Positions 11,908 through 24,971 are shown, numbered from the stretch's first letter. The stretch: DNA of 64,000 nucleotides from Haliotis rufescens (GCF_023055435.1 NW_025963802.1:3348001-3412000), one strand, 5' to 3'. The notes: generated by a model not told the origin, from the sequence alone. A program made the numbers and translations.

Positions 11908-12181
11908 GACCGCATCCGTGGTCTAGTGGTAGAGCGTCCGCCCGGAGAGCGGAAGGTCCGGGGTTCGATCCCCGGCCGCGTCATACCAAAAGACGTTAAA
12001 AGATGGTACTTGTTGTTACCCTGAGTCGGGTATTCATGCTAAACTGCGGCATGGCATCTCAGTGCTAGCACTATAAATCGGCATCAGTCCGGACTAGTAC
12101 AAACAGCCACACACACACACGTGCATGCACGTCGCTATATGAGTGCAATAATATTGGACCTCACCTTACCTTACCTCACCT
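11908..12181 (+). mobile_element. SINE family B with internal deletion
   Basis: Intact head. Lacks the segment between ttaccctg and agtcgggtattc. TSD cacctcaaaccaa. Confidence 0.85.
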
Positions 12182-13469
12182 CAAACCAATCACTGTGACT
12201 GACACTGACTGATCACGAAACAGCAATCCTCGCGCTGACCCGTCAACCATTGCAGATCAGCTGATAAGTGCAGAGGGTTTTACGCCGCTTTGAAAAGTAT
12301 TCAGTATGTGCCGGTATGTCAGCTCAGCATCAACAGAATCATGCATATATCAGGCGTTTACCAATTTGGTGGAAGCCACGAGAATGACAAACGCAAGATC
12401 AAAATCGGGCAAAATATTAATATCGAAAATACAACCAGTTTATCTTTCTGCACAGTGGGTTAAGGCTGATGCACGTGTATGATACGTTAGTTAGAAACAT
12501 GATGCAACACGGGCAGCCAATTTAAACATATACGTGCATCCTATTACTTATACCAGGGAGTCTATAGAGATCTTGTTTTGTCTCCATGCCTGTACGTAGC
12601 CGTGTGTAAGACGACGTGGTTGCCACGCAACAATTGACCCACCTGTTCTTTTTCCATCATTAAAACTGTCCGACAAACTTGTGAACGAAGCTCGGACCAA
12701 TTAACAGTTGTGGCAGGTTTTATCTAAATCTTTGAAAACCACATTTGTCCACAAGCTATGTACACGATCTTTCGCCACCAAATGGCTGTTCAGGTGTAAT
12801 GAAAACTTTAACGAAGTCATAGGCGAGACACAACTACAGTATAATTACGCCAGAAGAGCGGTTGAGTGGCGAAAGATGTTGTGTGCTTAAAGGAGCTGTG
12901 TCAAGCACAAATATCTGGACTCTGTTTTGGTATATTTAATGCTTATATACCTGAAGAGACCGTTATCCCTCTTCCGCGTATGGAATATACCGAGCTCCTC
13001 TGTCCATAGACCAACATTTAGTCAATGAAAACATGTCTTTAAAATATTTTTTTTCTTTTCCAAATAACCTTTCCTCTTCTGCTGTTTTCATAAGCAAACT
13101 AGACTTGGTTAGTTTGATCTAGACTTGCCTAGGCTTTTAGTAAAAGAAAATACCGAAAAAAAATATAAATTTCACAATCATGGTACAGGATTACTCTGTC
13201 CATAGCTTTCTGAGTTACGTAATTCTGGCAATAATAGACAACAGATAGTGTAGTTATTCATTAATGTCACGGAGGGTCCACAGCATTAGTATGTGGCCTG
13301 TCTGAAAGTGCCGTTCTCATTTTCTTTTGGATCATCGTCCGATCGACTCAATAAAGAATGATTCTCGATAATGTTAACAGACTGAATAATTTTGTTTCCC
13401 TATGAAAAATACGTCTAATGTCCGGCATTGCTGCTATACAAATATGAAGTAAAGTTGTAAATAACATAG

Positions 13470-13782
13470 ATGTGAAACACGAGCGTGAAACACGAGTGTG
13501 AAACAATATTATGAAAAGCGAACATGAAACGCGAACGTGAAACACGAACGTGAAACAACCTTATGAGGAAGCGAACGTGAATCAAACTTACAAAGACGCG
13601 AACGTGAAACACGAACGTGAAACACGAACGTGAAACAAACTTATAAAGACTCGAACGTGAAACGTCGACGTAAAACCAAAACGGGCAACAAAAACGTGAA
13701 ATTGGAACGTGAAACCCGAACGTGCAACAAAAAGATGAATCGCACACGTGAGACACGAACACGAAACACAAACGTGAAACTC
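13470..13782. repeat. Degenerate ~13-bp tandem repeat (cgtgaaacacgaa), possibly internal to a TIR element spanning 13201-13790
   Basis: Recurrent acgtgaaac motif. catagct..tgagtt at 13201 mirrors aactcagctatg at about 13779-13790. Confidence 0.7.
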
Positions 13783-15079
13783 AGCTATGAAGTATGCTGC
13801 TCTTGTGAGTCATGTTGTGTCTACTCTCCATGTTCACACCCTGCCCCTCCAACAATCTAATGATCCGCCATGTTTGTTGTAAACAACGCATCCTTTCACC
13901 TAAACACATCGCGAGCTGCCGCTTGTGTTTCTTTCAACGCTATCAGCTAAGGCTAGTATGATGTAATGAGACATTACATGTGTAGATGGAGTTAAAAAAA
14001 AGAAGTAGTATAAATGATGATGGCATTAATACGTAATCCTTTCGGATAAAATATATAATTTCTTGTAGAGTAATTTGACTGCCGCTTCCCTTGCAGTCAC
14101 TGTAACACAAAGACATTAACAACGTTTTTTGGACACATTTATCATTAAAAAACCTCGTTCTGTCACTGATGCACAGTGCCCCCGACGCGGCTCATATCAC
14201 AGAAAGGCGTTAATGGATCCTTGTAAACTGATCAACTTGTCTAATGTGTGATAATGACTATTTAATAAACGATCATCCTATCTGCCGTTGGAAGGTGTAT
14301 TACGGCAGGCCATTTCCATTGAAAATGTATGTATAAATAGAACCGAAACGCGAACACTGTTTGTATTTTTATATTAGAGACGCGAGTTTTGTCAATCGAG
14401 AATGTTAATCCGCGACAAATGAATTCTGGCAATGATGCAATCCGTCTTAGACTTTTATTAAATACAGCGGTTATCAACGACATAACAGCCCGACTGTGCC
14501 ACGGTACATGGAATCGTATGGGACCACTTTATTGACCCCCTTGGTCAGGTTCGGTGATTTGGTTGATTGTATGTCATCGGACCCTTTTGCGCGGTACGCT
14601 GCTCATATCATCAATCACTGGTTTGTCTGATCAGAACGGCGTAAACTAGCTGGAATATTGACTGGAGCACGACGTTAAACACCAAACAAACGAATCTTGT
14701 TGGAAAGTGTTGGATCAAGTTTCAGATGATATAGCAAAAAGAAAACAAAACAAGTCGATCAGTTGTCCATATTTTGTCTCTGACCACTTCTTTCTGACTA
14801 TAAATACCAAAGTACAGTACCTGCCTTTAACTGAACCATACTATCTACATATAGTACAGATATGTATTGCGTGATGAATGATTTCATAAATTATATATAA
14901 ATCTTCTTGGAACTGTTTTCTAGTTATTCCATGTCACGTTATAAGAAATCCGGATGTGACGTCATAGACGTCTACTGCTTTGATAAAACCGCATCAGCTT
15001 GATGGAATGCGCTGCTTGATGTGAAACCCCAAAACACGGGTCTAATGCTGACACAACTAGAAACATAATCAGAGTGTTA

Positions 15080-15291
15080 GTTTGTTTGTTAATTTGTTGT
15101 TTAACGCCGCACTCAGCAATATTCTAGCTATAGGACGGCGGTCTGTAAACAATCGAGTCTGGACCAGACAATCCAGTGATTGACATAACGAGCATCGATC
15201 CAACCAAGTCACCGAGCCTGACCACCATATTCGCCATTTACGGCAAGCATGGGTTGCTGAAGACCTATTCTACCCCGGATCTTCACGGGTC
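15080..15291 (-). mobile_element. Short retroposon family C (internally deleted)
   Basis: gaagacctattctaccccggatcttcacgggtc at the right end, tttaacgccgcactcagcaatattc at the left end. Confidence 0.85.
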
Positions 15292-16219
15292 TGCGTTGAG
15301 TGACAAGGTGATAAAAGTCTACAAGAGTGTTGGTATCAGCAGTTGTCTGTACACAGATATAACACGACCTCTGTTATTATACACGTCTTCTGAAGGAACA
15401 CTCCGCCCGGACACACATGACTACAATGCAAGTCGTTGTGATGTGACTAATATTGCAAAACACCCAGTCTCAGTTTCATCTTTAAGCATGCGTCGTCGAA
15501 CAAGTTGTAATAGAGATATGTTTCTACATAGCACATACATTCAAACAGCAAGCTTAATGTCTTGTGATATGGCGCGTTACCCATACTCTTACATTTACAC
15601 GATTGTGTGAAGAACATGATTTGTCTTAATCGGTACAGTTCCCACTGAAATAGTTCAGATTAACGATTAACGACAGGGGGGATTGGAGGAATAATCCAAT
15701 AATGATTGTATGTAAAAGTTAACAGTTATCTTCCGGTTTGGGGGAGTCCGTTTTAGCGAGGTGTCACTGTATCATATAAGAAAAGAGAGATAACATTATT
15801 TGTTATTTGATAAATTACCCATCGCATAATGTGTATGATGTAAAAGGATATTGCACCACAAGTGAACGATATAAGTGAACTGGAACGAAGGTGGTTTTTT
15901 GTACGGCTAGTGGAGGCCAATATGCCAAAATAAACGAGGATAAACAATGGATGGCAGCAGAGAACATACAGCGGGAATTTGGCAAATTATTTGAAAATAC
16001 AGGGGTTAATTCAAGTAACAGCTAAACATCTGTAAACAGTGGATATTCCTATCCTTAAAAGTTTAAGATTTTGTCATTTATCTACATCTTTAATACATAC
16101 AGGAAAGTTTCATCCTTAAAAAAGTTCCGGTGTTTAAGGATGGCCACGGTAGCCTTCTTTGCAATTCTTCACAATCTGTATCTCAGTATCAGGACAATAT
16201 ACAACTCACGATAAAAACT

Positions 16220-16368
16220 NNNNNNNNNNNNNNNNNNNNNNNNNNNNNNNNNNNNNNNNNNNNNNNNNNNNNNNNNNNNNNNNNNNNNNNNNNNNNNNNN
16301 NNNNNNNNNNNNNNNNNNNNNNNNNNNNNNNNNNNNNNNNNNNNNNNNNNNNNNNNNNNNNNNNNNNN
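16220..16368. other. Assembly gap (N run)
   Basis: Run of n. Confidence 1.
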
Positions 16369-16709
16369 TGCCCGGTCCAGTGTTACCGTGGTTTTTAGTA
16401 CGTGTTACCCCCTCATCAAACACACACGCCGCCTGCTGGTCACGTGCAACATCAATGCAGGTACCTCGTTATTAGACGCGTGTATATGTGCTGGAGTGGG
16501 TTGAAGATCTCTGGCAGTGCTGCTTCTGTTGTGGAATAAATGGGAAGCACATATGGATGATTGGAAGAATGTTCAGGTTGGCATCAGTTGATGAAAAAAA
16601 CATCAAAGATTCTCAGACACAGCATCAGGAGCTGTAAATATGTCATTGGCATTGCGATATTTGTGCTCCTTATAGAATCTGTGTCAGTAAATCAGACTGC
16701 GAGAACAGT

Positions 16710-16780
16710 CATATTGAGCATATGCTATTGAACATAGGCTATTGAACATATGCTATTGAACATATGCTATTGAGCATACT
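16710..16780. repeat. 14-bp tandem repeat catatgctattgaa (about 5 copies)
   Basis: Directly visible. Confidence 0.85.
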
Positions 16781-16974
16781 GTTTTGATGGTATGGTGACG
16801 GTATGATGATTTATTGTTGAGTGATGGAGTAAAAGGTGTTTAAACGCAATGCCACCATTGTGTGACCTCGCCGTTCCATGGAAGCATTTTACATATCGTG
16901 CTACGGTAACAGGCAAATAATGTATACGATTAGGGGCATACTAGTATAACTGTTATTGTACAATTAAAATTGTC

Positions 16975-17692
16975 ATGCATCCACATGCCCCACCCCCATG
17001 CATCCACATGCCCCACCCCGTACATCCACATGCCCCACCCCATGCCCCACCACCATGTCCCACCCTCATACATCCACATGCCCCAACCCCATGCCCCACC
17101 CTCATGCATCCACATGCCCCACCCCATACATCCACATGCCCCACCCCCATGCCCCACCCTCATGCACCCACATGTCCCACCCCCACACATCCACGCCCCC
17201 ATATCCCCCACCCCCACATATCCACATCCCCACCCCCACCATCCACATCCCAACCACCACCCCAAAACATCCACATCCCTGCCCCCATTATCCACATCCC
17301 CCACCCCCACACATCCGCATCCCCGCCCCCGCCATCCACCACCACCACCATCCAGATCCCCGCCCCCACCATCCCCTACCCCAACACATCCACATCCCCG
17401 CCCCATCATCCACATCCCCCACCCCCTCCATCCAGATCCCAGCCCCCACATCCATACTCCTCACACATCCACATCATCGCCCCCACCATCCATATCCCCC
17501 ACGCCCACCATCCACATCCCCGCCCCTACATCCCCCACCCCCACACATCCACAATCTCCCCCCCCCCCCACCCCCCACCATCCACATCCCCCACCCCCAC
17601 CCATCCACATCATCGCGCCCACCCCCACATCCCCACCCCCACATCCCATACCCCGTCACATACACATCCCCGCCCCCCACACACCCGCATCC
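16975..17692. repeat. C/A-rich low-complexity repeat (catccacat + cccc runs)
   Basis: Extreme C skew on the + strand. Gives His/Pro ORFs in all three + frames. Confidence 0.9.
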
Positions 17693-17753
17693 TTTAGTAA
17701 ATGGTTTGGAGTCTGACATTCATAGCAATTTTTGTCTTAACTTTGAAAACACT

Positions 17754-18033
17754 CAATCAGGACCCAGGTGTTTGTCTGGGAACACGGCCACCTGTCTATA
17801 CACAACTACGGTACACTTTCGTACATCACAGTTTATATAGAAACCCAAGTTTTGTTCACAAATAAATCCTATCTCAGAATAGACACCACACATGTACTTG
17901 CTGAGCTGTACAACACTGAGTGGCTAAATTTAAAGATCTACTGCCCATGTCCCGAATCCTGACGTTTATTGACGAATGTATCCTGACATTTAAGAAATAC
18001 ACTTCCCCGACTTGGCTCCCTCCTTCTGACTCA
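17754..18033 (+). repeat. Unclassified dispersed repeat, second copy at 29279-29544 plus 29981-29993
   Basis: aatcaggacccaggtgtttgtctg..aacacggccacctgtctata...agaaacccaagtt...aatcctatctcagaat shared between both loci. Confidence 0.75.
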
Positions 18034-18754
18034 AGTGGTCACGAAAGGGCACGCGGAAGTGTATAAACATCGGGAACTGTAGCCGGTGGTGCTAAAAAAA
18101 CACGACTAACCAAATATAACCAGTGTTTGAGACTTAAACAGACTCTTCGAGCATCACTGATGTACTAATTTAACGGTTTCAAAATAAATTTGATATAAAT
18201 ATGTTAAGAGCTGAACCAACGTTTTTCTATGTACAAATCTCAACAGTGATACTTATTACGAGACAGAATGACTCTACTCAAAACGGGTTCACCCTTACAT
18301 ATGATAAAGCTGTCGTAGCGCAAGTAAAGACGGTAACCAGTCTATAGGAGAGATGATGTAATAAAGCGGATGACACATTCATCCTACGACAGGTTTAGGG
18401 AATTGGAAGTCGTACGGAACTGGGAAACTGGGTTCACGCATAACTGAGACGAATAAATGAGGCTGGGTCTAGCCTTGAATTAAACAAGCTCGGTGGTCGT
18501 GACAAAATGTGCTGCCTTGAATAAACACCGGGTGATATTACAATATGTTTTTGTCCGTACAGTGCACTGAAATTTTGAAGAGTGAAAATACCGTGAATGC
18601 CACCAATTAATGTCTGCAAGGATGCATACCGTATACCATCAGTTTGAGGTGCAGAACGTGTCAAGAAACACAAGACTTCGATGTAAAAATCTCCTCCTGA
18701 GAAAAAATACACGTCTACCTTGGAAAGACACCGGTCATGGGACCTTCCGAAATA

Positions 18755-19076
18755 GACCGCCTCCTTGGTCTAGTGGTAGAGCGTCCGCCCGGAGAGCGGA
18801 AGGTACGATCCCCGGCCGCGTCATACCAAAAGACGTTAAAAGACGCTCGGCGCTCGGCATCAAAGGGCTAAAACAAGAACTGGTTGGCTCGGAGTCAGTA
18901 TACTCTGTCCGAGTAGGGTATTCATGTTAAACTGCGGCATGGTATCTCAGTGAGCTAGCACTATAAATCGGCATTAGTCCGGACTAGTACAAGCAGCCAC
19001 ACACACATGCATGCACGTCGCTATATAAGCGCAATCATCTTGAACGCGACGTTAAACACAATTTCATCTCACCTCA
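18755..19076 (+). mobile_element. SINE family B with small deletions
   Basis: Head gaccgcctccttggtctagtggtagagcg. TSD accttccgaaata. Confidence 0.9.
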
Positions 19077-19827
19077 CCTTCCGAAATAAATACACGCCTG
19101 TCGTTCGTAATTAAAGGATTTACGGTAGGTCATGCGAAAATAACATTCACCATTCACAATGGCTCACAAAATCGGCATTATTTTAAAAATGATCACGTTC
19201 CTGTCAACACCCGTAGGTTTGAACGTAAAATAGGTAAGGCTACAAGAACCCTCTTGTGGTGTGATAGTGCTGGAATGTACATACAACAAGTGTTTGTAGA
19301 TATATATCTCTATATCACACTCGTAGTGGACTTGTCTACGTTCATCAGCTACTACGTAACCGGCTCTTTCGGCATAAGAAAGAAAGGCATTCAATGTATT
19401 CTATGAAAAGACTTCATGAGATCAGACGAGTCATGCGGAAAACGTCGCATTTGTTTACGTCAATATAAACTTCCCTTGGGGTGTAAATAATACCCTAACC
19501 CAGTGTTGTCGATGTTGTGTACATCCCGGTCATCATCTCGTTCAGGAAATATGATACATCTCAGTCCTCTGTGTCATATCGACCCTGACCTACAGGTTGC
19601 AAAATACTTTCCTGGACGACGTCACGTGGCACCTCATGGTCTGACAATTGGGTGGAGTCTGCGATGCCTACAGTGTGATATAACCAAATTTATGCACCAG
19701 TGGCTTTCTCTATGTCTACCTTCAACTTTTGATAAAGTGGTATATACTTGGTCTGGTGGACAAATGCCTACATCAATTAGTATTAAACTAAAATGGTTAA
19801 GGATGTTATGTGATATATTTTATTCAT

Positions 19828-20277
19828 ATAAGGGTAACGCTATTTTTCAGGGCATTATCATTTGCAGAAGCCCGAGGTCTTTCATTAACTGCCCGACGAA
19901 GGAGGGCAGTCGAAAAGACCGAGGGCTTCTGCAAATGATAATACCCTGAAAAATAGCGTTACCGTTATTATAGCTAAAATGGATGGAATTTGTTATCAAA
20001 TAAAAAGAAACAACAATATCGGTTTTGAAACATTTACTGCAATCAACACATATGTTACTGACCCACTTTTACAAATATGGAACGTCATAGAACAAACCAG
20101 ATGACGTCACTATGGAATGTGACGTCACATATCCCTATCCTATGACGTCACCTAACAACTGGCGTGATAATGGCCCGTCGTCAAGCAATATGAGGGCATT
20201 ATCAAGTTACAGTGGCCCGCTCATTTCTGATAACATGCCGGCGTTTTTATGATAATTCTATCCATTTTAGCTATAAT
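19828..20277. mobile_element. Non-autonomous DNA element: long hairpin plus short inverted repeats (Crypton-like architecture, tentative)
   Basis: Hairpin 19833-19963 with apex ctgcccgacgaaggagggcag. IR attatagctaaaatggat (19967) / atccattttagctataat (20277). Confidence 0.5.
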
Positions 20278-20439
20278 GGCTGGTAGAAGTCAGGAACAAA
20301 TTGGAGTCTTCGATCCTGCTTGGAACTGGTCTTTCGGTCTGACAGCCTCTGGTAGTATCACTGTCTTGTAGGGTGGTGGGGAGTCTGTCATTCAGACCTT
20401 GAAACAAATATCTCAAATACAGCCCATGCAAGTCTATAA

Positions 20440-20822
20440 TGTTTGGCAAGTCTAGATTACTGCAGTATCAGGAAATGAAGAAAGTCCTTGGGCACCTTTT
20501 TATTATATTTTCTAACCGTAATTTAACAACTATTTTTTCTGTAAAATATGTTAATTTCAGAGACTAGATGTTAGTCTAGGTGGTGGGCGACCATGGACCC
20601 CCTGGGCCATTCACAGCATGTTGCTTAGCCTTGCTCCTAGGCTGTACTGGGCGATAAGTCCAAGGATATATAGTTATTCTATCCTTATAATAGGCAAGTC
20701 TAGATAGGCAAGCATCCAAGGATAACAGTCTTATAATAGAGACAACTTGTTCTTATTATTCATATAATCTAGGAATAATGATTTAAACTAAAAATCTTTC
20801 CTTAGAGACTTGTGCAAGTCTA
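20440..20822 (-). mobile_element. Fragment of repeat family F (terminus tagacttgcac.agtctctaagg, possibly Academ-like)
   Basis: ccttagagacttgtgcaagtcta end matches 25698-25719, 25816-25835 and 38368-38390. The gcaagtctaga motif recurs. Confidence 0.5.
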
Positions 20823-20834
20823 CATGTAGCTATG

Positions 20835-21079
20835 ATGTTTGTTTGTTTGTTGTTTAACGTTGTTTAATAGTCCAGCTATATGACTGCGGTCTGTAAATAA
20901 TCTAGTCTGGACCAGACACTCCAGTGATTGACACCACGAACATCGATCTATCCATGCAATTGGGATGCGACGACGTGAATCAACCAAGTCAGCGAGCCTG
21001 ACCACCTGATCCCGTTAGTCGCCTCTTACGTCAAACATGGATTGGTGAAGACCAATTCTAACCCGGATCTTCACTGGTA
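20835..21079 (-). mobile_element. Short retroposon family C (single-hairpin variant)
   Basis: gatcccgttagtcgcctcttacg...gaagaccaattctaacccggatcttcac with a (gttt)n tail. Confidence 0.85.
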
Positions 21080-21769
21080 CCAATGACAAGATCGACTTTA
21101 TCGTTTGTGTAAATTGGTGTACGATTTGTCTCGATCATAATGAAAGATAACTCGTTTGAAATCTAAAATTTGCCGATTCTAGTCAGCCAATGTTGTTCTT
21201 AACATTATAGCTTGTCCAAAGGTCGGCAAGTTGAAATTATTGGAATGTCTTTTTTTGTGTTGCAACAAACATGAAACTGCTTCACAATTTAATCAAGTAA
21301 CTTTACTCCTGTGTGATAGTGTTGTGATCAACACACATGGATACCAAGCGCGTTGGAATGTCGCCGAATTAGGGCTCCCGCCTCATGGAGCCAATCACGG
21401 CTCCCCTGGAACCGAAATATCAAGTATTTATACACATGCTGCTATTTGTGTTATCTGACATTTGGATCTTTGAATCCAAGGTGAAGCGCAACAATGTCTG
21501 GAGTGTAATGTTCTCGACATTAGCTGGATTGCGAGGAAATTCTGAAAATAGCGCCCTCCATTCACACGATCACGACCTTACAAACAGATCATTTCCCCAA
21601 CTAACCTCTTGTCGTCAAGTGCCCGGATGACGCACACATGAAATCACCCGGCCCACATGCGGAAGTTGGACATTTACAGACAACATCCAAACATGTTATT
21701 GGGTTTCCTGTTTATCCATTATGCAGTTTCCTTCGCTTTGGAATCTCGCTGAATCTGCGATGAGCAGAA

Positions 21770-22452
21770 CACCACGGACCCTCTCTTCAGCGCACAATAC
21801 GCTACGGAACCTCTCTACAAAGGACAATACGCCGCCGACCCTCTCTACAACGGACAATACGCCGCCGACCCTCTCTACAACGGACAATACGCCGCGGAAC
21901 ATCGCTACAACGGTAAATACGCCGCCGACCCTCTCCACAACGGTTAATACGCCGCGGAACATCGCTACAACAGTAAATACGCCATGGAATCTCCCTACAA
22001 TGGACAATACCCCGCGTAACCTTTCTACAACCGACAATACCCCGAGGAACCTCCCTACAACGGACAATACGTCGCGGACCCTCTCTACAACGGACAATAC
22101 GCCGCGGACCCTCTCTACAACGGAGAATACGCCGCGGAAATCTCTACAACCGATAATACGCCGCGGAATCTCGCTACAACGGAAAATACTCCGCGGAACC
22201 TCTCTACAACGGACAATACGCCGCGGAATCTCACTTAGACAGGAAGAAAACCGCGGACCCTCTCTACAACGGACAATACGCCGCGGATCCGCTCTTCAAC
22301 GGACAAGACGCCGCGGACCCTCTCTACAACGGACAATTCGCCGCGGACCCTCTCTACAACGGACAATACACCGCGGAATCTCGCAACAACGGACAATTCC
22401 CCTCGTAACCTTTCTACAACGGACTATACGCCGCGGAATCTCTCTACGACGG
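21770..22452. repeat. 30-bp minisatellite (acggacaatacgccgcggaccctctctaca)
   Basis: About 22 units in register, with a 1-bp slip near 22140. Confidence 0.9.
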
Positions 22453-23382
22453 TGCAAATACAGTGCAGTCTCTCACATCGAAGTGAACCGCGTTCTGTTT
22501 TTCACGGGCAGAAAGGCCAAAGTAGTTCTTGCTGACTCCGGGATCCATTACACTTTTAATCAATTGCATAAAAAGATTTTCGAAAGCTTGTTGCATAGTG
22601 TGGTGTCTGAGTATAAATTCAACTCTCATTGAACACATAATGATTCTGATAGGTTTGAGCTGTAGTCTTTGGTGAACATAGAATACTTGGCTTCAAATGT
22701 AAATGCAAAAGTTTTGGAAAGAACATAGTCATAAAAAAATCGATCATATCCGTTGAGGACGAATATACTCAATATACATGTATATAACATTATTATACTT
22801 GTAACAAAGCATTGCCGTGTCCTTTGAGATCAATTGAGTGTGGCAAGTCTAGATTTCTCCTGAAAAATAATGTACAAGTTAAAAGTCTTCAAATGTTTCC
22901 TAAATGTTAGTCTACAATAAGCAGGACCAGGTGCTGTGTTGCCCATGGCTGAGCGTACACAGACATTGAGCTGCTCCTTGTTTCAACTGGTGGCGCTATA
23001 GGAATGCGCTGTATTATTAGACGGAAACCCAGTCCACTCCCATTTGACTGGCCCGGGGGTAGGTTCGAATCTGTTGGGTGTCTGTTACCCCCTTATGTCG
23101 GGTCTGTATACATCCCGCTTTGTCTGTGAGTTCATCTGCTGCTGTTGGCGTTACAATGGGGGCGGGAGGAGTATTACATCATTACTTCCAGTGGAGTTAA
23201 GACAGATGGCGCCACACGACCACTCCACGTTATTCTGTGTTTAATGCAAAATAGTAGTCTGTCTCACAGCACCTTAACTGATCCCTTCAGCTCTTAGATT
23301 GTCCACAGGTTTTGAAATTCCCTTTTCTCTGCGGCTCCTTTTCAATTTAAATGTCATTGAGAGGCATTTAGAAGTTGTAGTA

Positions 23383-24346
23383 TTAAGTAAGGATAAGATA
23401 TATGGATGAAGAACTTCTGTATTACTATTAGGAGCGACGTTTCGATGTAGATTCTAACACCGTTATCCAGTAAGTGATGTACAGAGTGGAGAGAAGCCCA
23501 GGTACAGGTATGAGGTAGTGTTAATGCAGCTGAGGAGATTGGGATGTAATTACACTGGGATGTAAGATTATTACCTTATATCACCCTTTTTGTGCACATA
23601 ACAGGCGCCCACTCCAGTGTAACTACATCCTAATCTATTCAACCGCATTAACACTACCTCATACCTGTAAATATGCTTGTCAACAATTCTCTGTACATCA
23701 CTTGCTTGATACCGGTGTTATAACCGACACCGAAACGTCGCTCCTAATTGTCGCTCCTAAAAGTTCATCCATATATCTTATCCCATCTTCCCGAGGCAAG
23801 AGCGTTAACTGACTTTACAAGTCCAATTTCCACCCTTGGCGAACTTGGCTGGAATTCCTGGGCTCGATCGTAGCGCTACCAGGGGCTATTACGAGTTATG
23901 TCCATTCTATGTCTCTCCCATATGGACCAATCAGATTCCACCTCTCGTGTCACATGCATTTGTTTCAAACAAAATGGTGGCGCCCAGTCAAGACGATCTG
24001 AACGACAATCAAGATCTATTTTGTGATAAAACGGTTCTTACTTCGCGAAGTACATCAAATCACGTGAGCACCTTAATTAAAGACATGAAAAGATTTGGAA
24101 ATAGCTGTTAACAACGAGTTGGCGATGCACATGCTTTGCAAATCCTGCAAGCGACCGAACTCTGCGTGACAGTTTACAAACCGGATTTCGATTTCGGTGC
24201 GCCATTTTGATTGGACTATGCATAGACTCGTTAGTCCAGCCAAAATGTAACTCCATAATCCCAGCCAAGTTGGGCAAGGGTGGAAACTGGACTTTTATAG
24301 TCAGTTATATCTCTTGCCTCGGGAAGATGATCTTATCCTTACTTAA
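23383..24346. mobile_element. Fold-back element with two outward-facing Penelope-like pLTR/hammerhead-like ends; right tip split by a family E insertion
   Basis: Arm 23383-23558 is the reverse complement of 23614-23783 plus 24330-24346. Each arm carries CT(T/G)GATA(A/C)-stem-loop-GAAACGTCG. Confidence 0.6.
23784..24329 (+). mobile_element. TIR DNA transposon derivative (MITE family E), 546 bp
   Basis: TIRs catcttcccgaggcaagag... / ...ctcttgcctcgggaagatg. Perfect 9-bp TSD atcttatcc. Confidence 0.92.
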
Positions 24347-24888
24347 ATGTAGTTGCTTGTTTCTATCTAAATTATTTATTTTCAGTGACTACGCGTTAGT
24401 CTAGCAAATAGATGTACCCTTTGATTTGAAGACAAAGGCACACGGAAACATTTTGAACTGTTTTCTGCCGTTCACGACTCGGTGGTCTTGTATCGTGCGA
24501 GAGTCAAGTGTACTTTCACTATGGGTTCCTGCTGGTGCTGACCCAGAGCCTATTGGGCCCAGTGTGTCGGTGTTTGACAGGGAGCTGTGAAATACATGGC
24601 AACAATGTCGGCCATTCGTTCTACGACGCCTGTACATGTCGTGTGTGATCACGTGGAATGGCGGGAAGGCGGGGAATGTGCACGCACCGCAGGATTCATA
24701 TGATGTATCTTCAATGTCCCGCGGGGCAGAAATGCTAGAACGGGTACAACGTTGTCTTTGTCCTTTTACTTGCTGGTCTAGATTGGTGTTCGATCTCTGT
24801 TTGGTCGATCTCAGTCCATCTATGTCAGTGACGGAGCGCCTGAACCGTTGCAACACTGGCCTAGCATTATTTGTGTGACTGATTGTCT

Positions 24889-24971
24889 TGGGCCCTGGTT
24901 ATAGCGGTACGACGATCTTTATCCTATGTTACGATCACATTAGTGCTAAACTTGCTTTGTGGAACAGGGCC
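24889..24971. mobile_element. Small GGGCCC-ended MITE (PIF/Harbinger-like termini)
   Basis: gggccctggtt...ggaacagggcc. Related copies at 35734-35844, 47081-47186 and 63959 to the window end. Confidence 0.5.

Noticed and set aside
16130-16504. ORFs spanning N runs (also 33183-33585)
   Set aside because: Artefacts of assembly gaps
16930-17840. His/Pro-rich and Gly/Trp-rich ORFs (extensin- or shell-protein-like)
   Set aside because: Open in nearly all frames because of base composition; indels do not preserve any single frame
21721-22632. 303-aa mucin-like Thr/Pro ORF
   Set aside because: Coincides with the 30-bp minisatellite, changes register mid-array and has no signal peptide; a mucin exon cannot be fully excluded without RNA data
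24401-24856. 151-aa minus-strand ORF in unique sequence
   Set aside because: No recognisable domain, non-ATG start and no convincing splice signals
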